From a virus (lineage: Duplodnaviria > Caudoviricetes): a stretch of 64,000 bases of DNA. The first letter of the stretch is position 1. Each line of letters begins with the position of its first letter. Under the pieces are notes generated by a model. The model worked only from the letters and a program-made list of their open reading frames with translations, ran no database searches and was not told where the DNA came from. Below are positions 18,849-27,612 of this stretch, in pieces. The translations under genes were made by a program, and so were the position numbers. The DNA is taken from positions 96,001 through 160,000 of IMG/VR virus record IMGVR_UViG_3300028603_000021. The stretch is one strand, 5' to 3'.

Positions 18849-20762
18849 TTATGCCAACGAGTATACCAAGCCGGTTGTAACCTTGAGGAAATCTATCTCG
18901 GATACTGGTTGATACACCAGGTCAACGTTGTATATCGTCTTGTCGTTAGGCTCTGCGTGAACTACTACATCTGCGTACTTCACGATGATTCCGTCAGTAA
19001 CCAGGTTGCTCAGGAGAGCACTCACGTAGCTAGCGATCTGCCCTTCGGTTTCTGCACCTAGAGACTTACGACCGATGAAGGTTTCTTCTAGGTTCTTGTA
19101 CAGGTAGCTGCTGACATAATCAACAATCCTACGAGTCATGAAGAGCTGCAAGCCACGACTAGGGGAACCAGTAAAGGTTGTGTAGTTGTGTGCAGCTATG
19201 TATTCTACTGCACCGGCAGAATTTCTGCGCTTCATAGCGAAGGCTAGGCCTCGCGTGTACAGCTCGTCTTTCTGTGCCTGTGACCAGTTGAACTCTAGAC
19301 CATCCGTAAAGATACCGGCAAGCCTAGCGAAGGTAAGGGTTACTGAAACTTCTCTGCCTGCGTGTGCTCCGACTGCGAACGACGCTAGCATGTCTGCTCC
19401 GTAGTTCTCCACAGCGGAGCTGAACGCACGGCTCTTGAAGCCACCTACCCAGCACTGGGTGCGGTCGTTGTTGAGAAGCCCAGAAAGCTCAGCAGTTGCG
19501 TCTAAGAAGTCAGCAGCCGTGCCGTTGACGGTCGTTCCAGACTTGTAGTAAGGTGTACCGAAGACAGTAGTCCTGTACCTGCGGTTAGGTATGTTAGACA
19601 TGGTGTTGACGTGTGCTAGGAACAGAGGTACTAGTGAGTTGAAGAACCCATAGCGCTTAGTCCACTCTACACCGTTACCACGTGCGTTGAACAGGTAGGC
19701 CGGTTGCACGAAGTTAACTTCTTCGTCTTCCATGGTTGCAAGGGCAGTTCCCCAAGAATCCGCCATAACGGTTGCGTTAGCTCTGTCGTAGGTCGTGTCG
19801 TAGTCGGTAGAACCACCGCTGGGGAACCCATAGAAGTTGGTACCGTCGTCTCCGTTGTTACCTCCGTCAAGTGCAACGTAAGGGTGCTCGATGAAGGTAT
19901 CTGCGTTCATCGGGTCGTATGTGAACCCAGGAAGCAGAACTTCTTCGATAGCAGGGTTGACGTTCTCCATCTCTACAAGCTCTGACGGGGCAAAACCAAG
20001 GCCACCGTTGTTGATAACGCTAGCGATAAGCGGAAGCGGGTAGATGTTAGTACCTGAGCCATACGGGAACACCAGGTAATCTTCATCGGTAGACTTCATG
20101 CTTGCAAGCTTGTCGTGGAAGGCGGTTTCGTCCAGGTTACCGTACTGCCAAGAGTCAGGGACTTCACGTATGACACCAGTAACTCTGTCCCTCAGTATGT
20201 AGTAGTTGGTTGTGTTCCCTGTGTAGAACTTTCCAGCTGGGTTGGGGATGTACCTAGGTACGATAAAGCTTTCTCTGATGTCGTTGCCTTGAGAGTCTGT
20301 GTAGCGTACACGTATAGTAAAGGTATCGTCTTCTGTGCCAACAGTATCCTTGTCGTTCATCGTGACAGAGACAGCTATGTTGTTGCCTAGAGCGCCCCTT
20401 TCCTTAGCTTTCCACACATACGACTCGTTATCCCCAGAGGTGTCTGTACCAGAGTTTATAGAGATAACCGCGAGGCTTGCCTGGTCGGGGTCTCCAGTCC
20501 TGATGCACACCATCGTGCTAGCCCCACCAACATAAGCAGCAAGGCCGTGACGAACCAACGGGCCGTCACCGAATGTCTGCACGAGCTGAGAGTAGCCATT
20601 GATCGTAACCGGGGTGTTGACAGGGCCTTTCTCTGCCAAGCCGATCATACCTATGATTCCGCTTCCTACGCCGTTTATGTCTGTAAGGCGGCTCAGGTCT
20701 AGCTTTATGTATGCCCCGAATGCTTTGATTAGATATCCGCCGAAATTGATCTGTCTAGCCAT
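18849..20762 (-). CDS. Contractile tail sheath protein
   Basis: IIGMIGLAEKGPVNTPV...LVQTFGDG N-terminus; RRIVDYV...FIGRK...YQPVSEIDFL C-terminus. Confidence 0.9.
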   Translation of the reverse strand: MARQINFGGYLIKAFGAYIKLDLSRLTDINGVGSGIIGMIGLAEKGPVNTPVTINGYSQLVQTFGDGPLVRHGLAAYVGGASTMVCIRTGDPDQASLAVISINSGTDTSGDNESYVWKAKERGALGNNIAVSVTMNDKDTVGTEDDTFTIRVRYTDSQGNDIRESFIVPRYIPNPAGKFYTGNTTNYYILRDRVTGVIREVPDSWQYGNLDETAFHDKLASMKSTDEDYLVFPYGSGTNIYPLPLIASVINNGGLGFAPSELVEMENVNPAIEEVLLPGFTYDPMNADTFIEHPYVALDGGNNGDDGTNFYGFPSGGSTDYDTTYDRANATVMADSWGTALATMEDEEVNFVQPAYLFNARGNGVEWTKRYGFFNSLVPLFLAHVNTMSNIPNRRYRTTVFGTPYYKSGTTVNGTAADFLDATAELSGLLNNDRTQCWVGGFKSRAFSSAVENYGADMLASFAVGAHAGREVSVTLTFARLAGIFTDGLEFNWSQAQKDELYTRGLAFAMKRRNSAGAVEYIAAHNYTTFTGSPSRGLQLFMTRRIVDYVSSYLYKNLEETFIGRKSLGAETEGQIASYVSALLSNLVTDGIIVKYADVVVHAEPNDKTIYNVDLVYQPVSEIDFLKVTTGLVYSLA

Positions 20763-20853
20763 GCTGGAAATCCTCCTGGGATTGTTCTGTGTTAGGGTTT
20801 AAGTAGTCGCAGTAGTACTCACATTGTACACTAGGTACTATGAAATAATCCAC

Positions 20854-21498
20854 CTAGCCGTTAACTTTAACGCTCGTACCAAAACCTATACACTCCTGAA
20901 TTCTTGTTTCTAGTGCGATCTTGTAAGATAGTAGGTCGTCTCTTTCTACCATGTTGAAAAATGTTGCTAGCATAGTATAGGTTAGTGTTCCTATATACAT
21001 AACACCGTTCTGAACGATGTCTTGGTTAGATTCTTCCTTAGAGCGTATATACCTTACTGCCTGTATACCATGAGTGTAGAAAAACGGGTCTGTGTCTATG
21101 TTATCCTGCTCTAGCTCAAGCATCCATATCTTGATAAGCTCCATGATGTTGTCTCTGTCGTCAGACGCTGTAGTCCATACAGATATCTCGATGGTTATGC
21201 TGTCTACCCATCCTTGGTATCTTTCTTCCGACCCATCGTATAGGTAGTCATTATCCGCAGCAGCCGTCATGCCGATAGCGTAGTTAGCTACGCTGCTGTC
21301 TAGGCGTCGAACAACTATCCTACGCTCTGCAACCTCGTCACCGTCTTTGTAGCGTACAAACGTTTCCTTAGACGGGTAGTCCATCGTGAAAACAAAGGGT
21401 ACACTAAGTTCGCCAAGAGAGGCAACCTTCTCACGTAACCCCTCTATGACGATCTCTTTGGGGTTTCTGCTGTCTACTAAGCTAAGGCGCTGTAACAT
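20854..21498 (-). CDS. Putative tail terminator / completion protein
   Basis: ITIEISVWT..DDRD motif; immediately upstream of the sheath. Confidence 0.55.
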   Translation of the reverse strand: MLQRLSLVDSRNPKEIVIEGLREKVASLGELSVPFVFTMDYPSKETFVRYKDGDEVAERRIVVRRLDSSVANYAIGMTAAADNDYLYDGSEERYQGWVDSITIEISVWTTASDDRDNIMELIKIWMLELEQDNIDTDPFFYTHGIQAVRYIRSKEESNQDIVQNGVMYIGTLTYTMLATFFNMVERDDLLSYKIALETRIQECIGFGTSVKVNG

Positions 21499-21998
21499 TA
21501 ATAATTATTCCAGACCTCTACGGTCATGAGAATGGTGTCATTGTGTATTGTAGGTCTAACAGGGTCGTGAAGAAGATAGAGAACTTCAGCAACAGGCCTC
21601 TGACCGTTATGGTCGCAGCACTTTCCTAGCAGCTCGAACTTATCCCTGAGAAGCCTGCGAGAATCGCCGTCTCTGTCCTTCAGGAGGCGGATGTCAAGAT
21701 GCCTGGGTAGAGTAAGTGATTTATTCCCCTTGATAACACCGCCAGCCCCGTCAGGAAACCACTGGTTGCTGTTGTCTGTGTAGACTCCCTTTATGGTTAT
21801 AGGCGAGGCGTACATCGTGCCTCGCCCACCACATACCGGGCATTCTTTCCAAGAAGAACCACGTGTCTCGTCGTAGCAAGGAGTACCGTCGTCTCTCACG
21901 TTAGGGCAGAACATAGCCTTGTGCCAGCGGATATCGCTACCCCCCAGCTGCAAAGCATGATCTGCTATCATGTTAGAAACGGTAGACAGGTCGAACAC
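21498..21998 (-). CDS. Putative neck / head-closure protein
   Basis: WHKAMFCP...CPVCGGRG Cys motif as in Twort/SPO1-type neck proteins; leaderless TAAAAT-6nt-GTG. Confidence 0.55.
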   Translation of the reverse strand: MFDLSTVSNMIADHALQLGGSDIRWHKAMFCPNVRDDGTPCYDETRGSSWKECPVCGGRGTMYASPITIKGVYTDNSNQWFPDGAGGVIKGNKSLTLPRHLDIRLLKDRDGDSRRLLRDKFELLGKCCDHNGQRPVAEVLYLLHDPVRPTIHNDTILMTVEVWNNY

Positions 21999-22098
21999 TA
22001 GGCTATTTTACCACGATACCTTCGGTTTAATCAACAACTAGAGAGACAACTCTGCCTCGCATCGTTGTATCAGCTTACGCATTAGTGTGCTTATAGCC

Positions 22099-23709
22099 TC
22101 ACCCTACAGGTGCAATCAACCTACGCCAGGTAGTAGTCCCGGCACCGTACAGAGCATAGATTCCGTTGCTCTTAAGTATCTCATCCGCTGATTTATCTGT
22201 GGAGACGCCTGTTAGTTTGTGTTTCTGAAATCTATTTCTGCTGTAGATATTTCTACCATCAGTATAATACAAAGTGAACGGGTATTCACTCTCCTTGCTA
22301 AACCCTGCTACGTCGTAGACATTCCCCTCTGAATACCTGTTGGCAGAGTGGGTTGTGATGTCACCCCCAAGGCGTGATAACAACCTAGAAAACCCCCCAG
22401 CTACATGAACAAAAGGCTTGACAGCAAACCTGTCTAGTACAACCCTGTTGTTGCGGATAGAAGTCCCAGCTGCACAGACAAGAACATCATCATAGTACAG
22501 CCCAAACTTGGTGCTTGAGTTCACAGCGCCCTGTAGGTGGCTGTCCGTTAAAAAACTCCTGTAGTCACCTGACGAGATTTCGCGTACTTCGCAGTTTCTT
22601 GCGTACACTTTATCAACCAGCATACCCATCTTGGAAAGTATCATGCTTTTAACTATATCCCACTTATCTATAACTTCGATATCCCAGAACTGCATAAGGT
22701 GGATTCCAGCCGCAGACGCCTCGTTTTGTTTATCTTGATGGTAATGCTTGCTCTTGAAGACAGAAGAATGCCAGTAGACACCATCTACCTCCACTCCTAA
22801 GCCAAACTCTGGCAAAAACACATCTATCTCGTAGGTGGGCATACCCCTGTACTCTGGTACGACCTTAACCCCCAAGGACACTAACCAGTCTATCACCTTC
22901 TTCTGCGGAGCAGATATATGCTTGACGCACCTAGGGCACCCTTGCCCCATCAGGTGTTTGTTTGGAGTCTGTTCGAACTCTCCGTGCCTTGGGCATAGTA
23001 TGAGAACCTTTTCTTGCGAAGAACTATACCTGACCAGCTCGTAGCTATAACTTTCACCGTGCAGTTCTACAGCTTTCCTGAGGAAAGTCGCCTCATCGTC
23101 CGTCTGCGCGTCTGTGGTTCTTTTCCTGCCACATTCTGGACACCCCGAGCCTGTTACATGGCTGTTGGGGGTCTGCTCAAAATCTCCGTGCTCACTACAG
23201 GTGATAGTAACACGACTGTTAGTACGTGTATAGTTTACCTTATCGTAGGTATATGTATCGCCGTGGATTTCTCTAGACTTATTTATAAAGTCTTCAGCAC
23301 TATAGGTGATACTATCTACAACACACTCCCTACACCCTACCTTGTCAGCTAAATGCTTTTTGGGGGAAACAAGGAAATCACCATGTACAGGACATGTAAC
23401 AGACAGCTTGGTCTTGTAATCTACGTACACAGCGTTGTCATACGTATACTTACCGCTATGTACTTGCGTAGCTCTTGTTTTGAATCTGCTCCTGGCGGCT
23501 TCATTCTTCTTTCTAGCAGATGCCTCATCCCCGCACTTACTACACCCCTGACCAGCCAGGTGGTTAGAGGGCGACTGCAAGAACTCCCCATGCAAAGGAC
23601 AAACTATTATAACCTTCTCTTTACTGGTGGTATAAGATGTTTTCTGATAGTCATACTGACTACCATGAACCAGTTTTGCCTTGGTTATAAATTCCTCTGT
23701 TGAACTCAT
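22099..23709 (-). CDS. Zn-ribbon array (4 repeats) + endonuclease + GNAT-like domain; Hef-like homing endonuclease C
   Basis: YEIDVFLPEFGLGVEVDGVYWH; own promoter TTGATT-17-TACAAT 7 nt before ATG. Confidence 0.75.
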   Translation of the reverse strand: MSSTEEFITKAKLVHGSQYDYQKTSYTTSKEKVIIVCPLHGEFLQSPSNHLAGQGCSKCGDEASARKKNEAARSRFKTRATQVHSGKYTYDNAVYVDYKTKLSVTCPVHGDFLVSPKKHLADKVGCRECVVDSITYSAEDFINKSREIHGDTYTYDKVNYTRTNSRVTITCSEHGDFEQTPNSHVTGSGCPECGRKRTTDAQTDDEATFLRKAVELHGESYSYELVRYSSSQEKVLILCPRHGEFEQTPNKHLMGQGCPRCVKHISAPQKKVIDWLVSLGVKVVPEYRGMPTYEIDVFLPEFGLGVEVDGVYWHSSVFKSKHYHQDKQNEASAAGIHLMQFWDIEVIDKWDIVKSMILSKMGMLVDKVYARNCEVREISSGDYRSFLTDSHLQGAVNSSTKFGLYYDDVLVCAAGTSIRNNRVVLDRFAVKPFVHVAGGFSRLLSRLGGDITTHSANRYSEGNVYDVAGFSKESEYPFTLYYTDGRNIYSRNRFQKHKLTGVSTDKSADEILKSNGIYALYGAGTTTWRRLIAPVG

Positions 23710-23803
23710 TCCTTACATTGTAGCATGCAACGACCATGAAATCAACGCCACCTAACAGTGACACACCCCTACATAGCAGTGAACTCAAGGTGTACCAGCC
23801 CAT

Positions 23804-24838
23804 CTACCAGGCTGTCATAACCGGCATGTAGTACGGCCCTAGAAGCTCTTCAGCTTCTTCCTTGTACCTTTGTATGGTCTTCATGTAGAGTCCTTCCCCG
23901 AAGGAAGCACTGAATCCGCTTACAGAGTAGCTCAGCATCCCCTTTGTGAACGCTACGTTAAGCATCTCAAATGCTTTCGATGCGGCTAACAGTGCGACAG
24001 CTTCTTGCAGTGCAGGAGGTATCCTCTCCATACCATGCTCATAGTCTACATGGATGAGCTGTGAAAAATACGGTACTCTCATACCATACCCAGCAAAACT
24101 CTGTAGTGCACCGTTACCTACTGCACTTATCTTAGCTTGTGCGGGGAAAAGCCTTACCGCTCCTTCTATCGGGTACAGGAAGTATTCACTAGGGTCGAAG
24201 GTTCTGTGCAGATAAGGAATGCCGAGCCCCATAGGGTCTTGTATAACCAGGGCAATCCTGTGTATCTTTATGATGTTCCTCTCGTAGAGCTTGATGTAGC
24301 TTCTTTCTCTACCGTCTATCCTCTCTTCGTTCTCGGTCTTGTTGGGAGCATAGAGGACACGTGATGCGAACTCCTTCATCTGTTCCGGGGTCAGCAAATC
24401 CCAAGGAAGAGTCCCGGGGGTATACAGGGTGGAGTCGTTGTTGTACATATCCATCTGTTCTGGTTCTAGGTTGCTCCACTGTGGATATTCTCGGTAAGAA
24501 ACATCTAAGAATGAATCTAGCGCCCCGGTAGAGTACTTAACTCTGTCTTCGTATACTTCTTGGGGGGTTCGTGCAAAGTTAGTCTTACGTCTCGGGTAGA
24601 GGGCAAGCTTTATACGGTTCTCCACCTGAGCCACGGCGTTGTTTATAGCCCGTATCAAGATAGAGCGGAAACCAGGGATAGGAGAATAACCACTAGAGTC
24701 ACACCTAGCAGACTCTGGTATGCCTCCGCCGCCAGGTATACCGCTAGCTGCCGGTGCTCCGATTATCTTGTCCTCGACCAGCTGTATCAGCAGGTTAAGC
24801 TCTTTACCTTGTACCCCGATCCCTCTGAAATACTCCAT
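23804..24838 (-). CDS. Head-tail connector / neck adaptor
   Basis: HVDYEHGMERIPPALQEAVALLAA...SYSVSGFS motif typical of gp6/gp15-like adaptors. Confidence 0.65.
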   Translation of the reverse strand: MEYFRGIGVQGKELNLLIQLVEDKIIGAPAASGIPGGGGIPESARCDSSGYSPIPGFRSILIRAINNAVAQVENRIKLALYPRRKTNFARTPQEVYEDRVKYSTGALDSFLDVSYREYPQWSNLEPEQMDMYNNDSTLYTPGTLPWDLLTPEQMKEFASRVLYAPNKTENEERIDGRERSYIKLYERNIIKIHRIALVIQDPMGLGIPYLHRTFDPSEYFLYPIEGAVRLFPAQAKISAVGNGALQSFAGYGMRVPYFSQLIHVDYEHGMERIPPALQEAVALLAASKAFEMLNVAFTKGMLSYSVSGFSASFGEGLYMKTIQRYKEEAEELLGPYYMPVMTAW

Positions 24839-24840
24839 GT

Positions 24841-26214
24841 TTATGCCGTCCTTGGTATAGCTAGCGTAAGGTAGCCAGAGTAAGCAGTAACAGTGAGCCT
24901 GAGTACATCGTTAGCCGCAAAAGACGTGCTACCCGTTGCAGAAGAAAAATTAGTCCCGTCAGTGGATTTAGCATATGCAAGCGTGCCAGTTCCCCTCTGG
25001 GTGACACTACCTAAGTTTAACGTGACAGATTCCGTGAAAACTATCTCGTAGCTTCCATTTCCGGGGGGATTGACATAGAAAGGATCAAACCCCATAGCTG
25101 CTTTAGCTTCCGCAGGGGTGCTCAACGTTACAGCACTCGTTCCGTTACCACGCAAGAAGCTTCCTGTGGTAATGGTGGCTAACCCCGTCCCGCCGTTTGC
25201 TACACCAAAAATTCCCGTGGTTATATCAGATGTAGGGTGGGTGTGCGCTGTAGCGGCTTTTGTGGCTAAACCATCATCCACGTATTTCTTACGTGTTGCT
25301 TCGTTATCTATAGTTGGGTCTGACGCAGGCAAGACAGGGACACTAGAGAACGTTTTAACTCCGCTTATGTACTGATCTCCACTAGTCTCTACTACACCTA
25401 TCGAGGATGCCGCCCCGATATCCGAAAGAACCTCAGCTGGGGTTTTAAACGTTACCGCACTGGTTCCTGCCCCGACTATGTAGCTACCGCTTGTGAGAGT
25501 TGCCGCCCCCGTGCCACCACGAGCGACGGCTAGTGTTCCAGCGTTTATGTCTGAAGCGTTGTGAGTGTGGCTGACATCTGCCTTACCAGCAAGAGCGCTG
25601 TTGAGGTCTCCTTGGTCGCTGAGTGTACCAGTGATACCACCCCACACAGTGCCGCCACCCATAGCCGCGTCGTCAACATATTTCTTTGTCGCGGCTTGCA
25701 TGTCCGTAGTGGGAGCGGGAACTATCGGAGACGACGTGAAGGTTTTAACCCCGCCAACAGACTGAGCACCAGTCAGCTTGACTACTGCGTTATCAGCGGC
25801 TGCCCCTATGTCTGAGAGCACTTGTGCAGCAGTTCTCTGCTCTAGCGCAGACGCGCCAGAAGCCCTCATATAATTTCCAGTAGTGAAAGAGCTTATCCCG
25901 GTGCCACCACGGTCAACGCCAAATGTTCCAGAAGTGATGTCTGCCGCTGAGTGGGTATGTACGGTGGCCGCCTTACCTGATAAAGCAGTGTCTAGGTCTC
26001 CCTGGTTTGACAGAGTACCTGTGATGTCGCCCCACGCTGGAGCGGCAGCAGAGCTTCCCCACGACATGTCGTAGTCTACGCTCGAATCTTTCTTGAGAAC
26101 CTGTCCTACTGTACCGCCGGGAGGAACGATAGTAACAGTGGCTACCAGGTCAGTACCAACCTTAGTAAAGGTTATACCTTCGTTCTGGGCGTTGTCGATG
26201 CGGATGTTAGCCAT
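24841..26214 (-). CDS. Fibre (collar/whisker or head fibre) with about 2.5 internal repeats
   Basis: Repeats of WG.ITGTLS.QGDL, HTH..DIT.G, RGGTG and ATKKYVDD; C-terminal domain shared with 50116-51843. Confidence 0.7.
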   Translation of the reverse strand: MANIRIDNAQNEGITFTKVGTDLVATVTIVPPGGTVGQVLKKDSSVDYDMSWGSSAAAPAWGDITGTLSNQGDLDTALSGKAATVHTHSAADITSGTFGVDRGGTGISSFTTGNYMRASGASALEQRTAAQVLSDIGAAADNAVVKLTGAQSVGGVKTFTSSPIVPAPTTDMQAATKKYVDDAAMGGGTVWGGITGTLSDQGDLNSALAGKADVSHTHNASDINAGTLAVARGGTGAATLTSGSYIVGAGTSAVTFKTPAEVLSDIGAASSIGVVETSGDQYISGVKTFSSVPVLPASDPTIDNEATRKKYVDDGLATKAATAHTHPTSDITTGIFGVANGGTGLATITTGSFLRGNGTSAVTLSTPAEAKAAMGFDPFYVNPPGNGSYEIVFTESVTLNLGSVTQRGTGTLAYAKSTDGTNFSSATGSTSFAANDVLRLTVTAYSGYLTLAIPRTA

Positions 26215-26306
26215 GTCTGACCTCGTTGTTTATTATACACAACATCTCATGAAGATAAACCTCCCAACCTTGCAGCCGGGAGGCCTGTCTATCTTATGGG
26301 CATGTG

Positions 26307-26735
26307 TCAGAGACCTTGTTCGTCTCTTAGCTTCCTGAGCGCCGCAGTTGTTATATCTAGGTGCTCTGCAACTGCTTTCCATGTTCCAAGCTCTTCGTAG
26401 AGAGCAGCAACATCTGGTGTTTCTTCCTCAGCCGGGATTTCCTCAGCGGGAACCTCCTCAGCCGGAGTTTCCTCAGCCGGGGTTTCCTCAGCCGGGGTTT
26501 CCTCAGCCGGGGTTTCCTCAGCCGGGGTTTCCTCAGCCGGGGTTTCCTCAAGCGGAACGCGCTCTTCAGCAACCGCCCCTACAAAAGGATACTTACCAGC
26601 CTGCATAGCTATATGAGAAACCACACCATAAGCAACACCGTCGTTGAAGACTACTACTCTTCCTCCGATGTTCTTGATCTGCCTGCCTTCAGTAGTGTAC
26701 TGGGGAGCTAGTCTTATGGTGTATGTCATGTTCAA
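26307..26735 (-). CDS. Hypothetical protein with EETPA repeat linker and short C-terminal helical domain
   Basis: 142-aa ORF in the structural operon. Confidence 0.65.
   Translation of the reverse strand: MNMTYTIRLAPQYTTEGRQIKNIGGRVVVFNDGVAYGVVSHIAMQAGKYPFVGAVAEERVPLEETPAEETPAEETPAEETPAEETPAEETPAEEVPAEEIPAEEETPDVAALYEELGTWKAVAEHLDITTAALRKLRDEQGL
26422..26549. repeat. 15-bp coding tandem repeat (GAGGAAACCCCGGCT on minus strand), about 8 copies, the last ones degenerate
   Basis: Directly visible tttcctcagccgggg array; encodes (EETPA)n. Confidence 0.9.
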
Positions 26736-27388
26736 GCTTCTAGAGTTACGGTAACTGTATCAGACTTAGATGGGTCTTCCACACTAGTTGCAGTTACTGT
26801 GGTGGTGTCGCTAACACTAGCCCCGGTCGCCACAGTAAGAAGGCCAGTTGTTTCATCTATAGTAGCGGTTCCGGGGGTGCCTACACTCCATGTGACGGCT
26901 TCAGAACCACCAGGAGCAACCGTAACGGTTGCAGCAAACTGGTGAGTCCCTGCCCCGATTGATACGTTAAGATCTCCGCCAGTGATAGCTACGCTACTCA
27001 CCGCATACGGAACACGTAGGGTGATGCTGTCAAACTCGTTGCTTTCTACGGTACTTGTGGCTGTGATGGTCACGTTACCTTGAGCTACCCCAGTGACTAA
27101 GCCATCATTGACTGTAGCGATAGCATTATCACTAGTTGCCCATGTAACAGTGTTAGCAGCACCGTGAGCGGTAACTACCGTAGCTGTAAGCTGTAACGTG
27201 CTACCTATGCTTACAAAATCAGCATCCCCAGCGGCAGACACCGTTACAGATACAACGTTAGGAGCAACGTTCCACGCCTTCATCTTCGTCTCTAGGTCTT
27301 TCAGGAAGACGACTACGGGGTTGTTCTGCTTAGCCTTGTTAGGCTCAGGGATACGAGTTGCGATAAAGTCTTCTGTACGTTTATCCAT
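26732..27388 (-). CDS. Ig-like (Big_2 x2) virion decoration protein
   Basis: VTWATSDNAIATVNDGLVTGVAQGNVTITATS and a second similar domain. Confidence 0.8.
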   Translation of the reverse strand: MDKRTEDFIATRIPEPNKAKQNNPVVVFLKDLETKMKAWNVAPNVVSVTVSAAGDADFVSIGSTLQLTATVVTAHGAANTVTWATSDNAIATVNDGLVTGVAQGNVTITATSTVESNEFDSITLRVPYAVSSVAITGGDLNVSIGAGTHQFAATVTVAPGGSEAVTWSVGTPGTATIDETTGLLTVATGASVSDTTTVTATSVEDPSKSDTVTVTLEA

Positions 27389-27390
27389 GG

Positions 27391-27516
27391 TTAGTCTTCT
27401 GGGATCAGTGCGAGAAGTTCTTCGAGGAACTTAACAAGGGGGTTCTCACCAACAGGTAGGTTTGGCTCAGGGACGTTAGTCTCGATAAGCTTCTTTACAT
27501 CGTCAGGAAGTTTCAT
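27391..27516 (-). CDS. Unannotated 41-aa protein homologous to the N-terminus of the Ig protein
   Basis: AGGAG RBS; MKLPDDVKKLIETNVPEPNLPVGENPLVKFLEELLALIPED. Confidence 0.75.
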   Translation of the reverse strand: MKLPDDVKKLIETNVPEPNLPVGENPLVKFLEELLALIPED

Positions 27517-27612
27517 TCTTTTTCTCTCCTAGGGGCGAAAAGCGTCGCCTCGGTATGTACGTTAGTTAGGATTATTCTACCACAAGAACATGAACAACCT
27601 TATGATACCACG

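Noticed and set aside
26348-26711. Alternative-frame repetitive ORFs (QPGFP, RKPRL, SRGFL) and a CRISPR-like look
   Set aside because: Shadows of the 15-bp coding tandem repeat; no spacers
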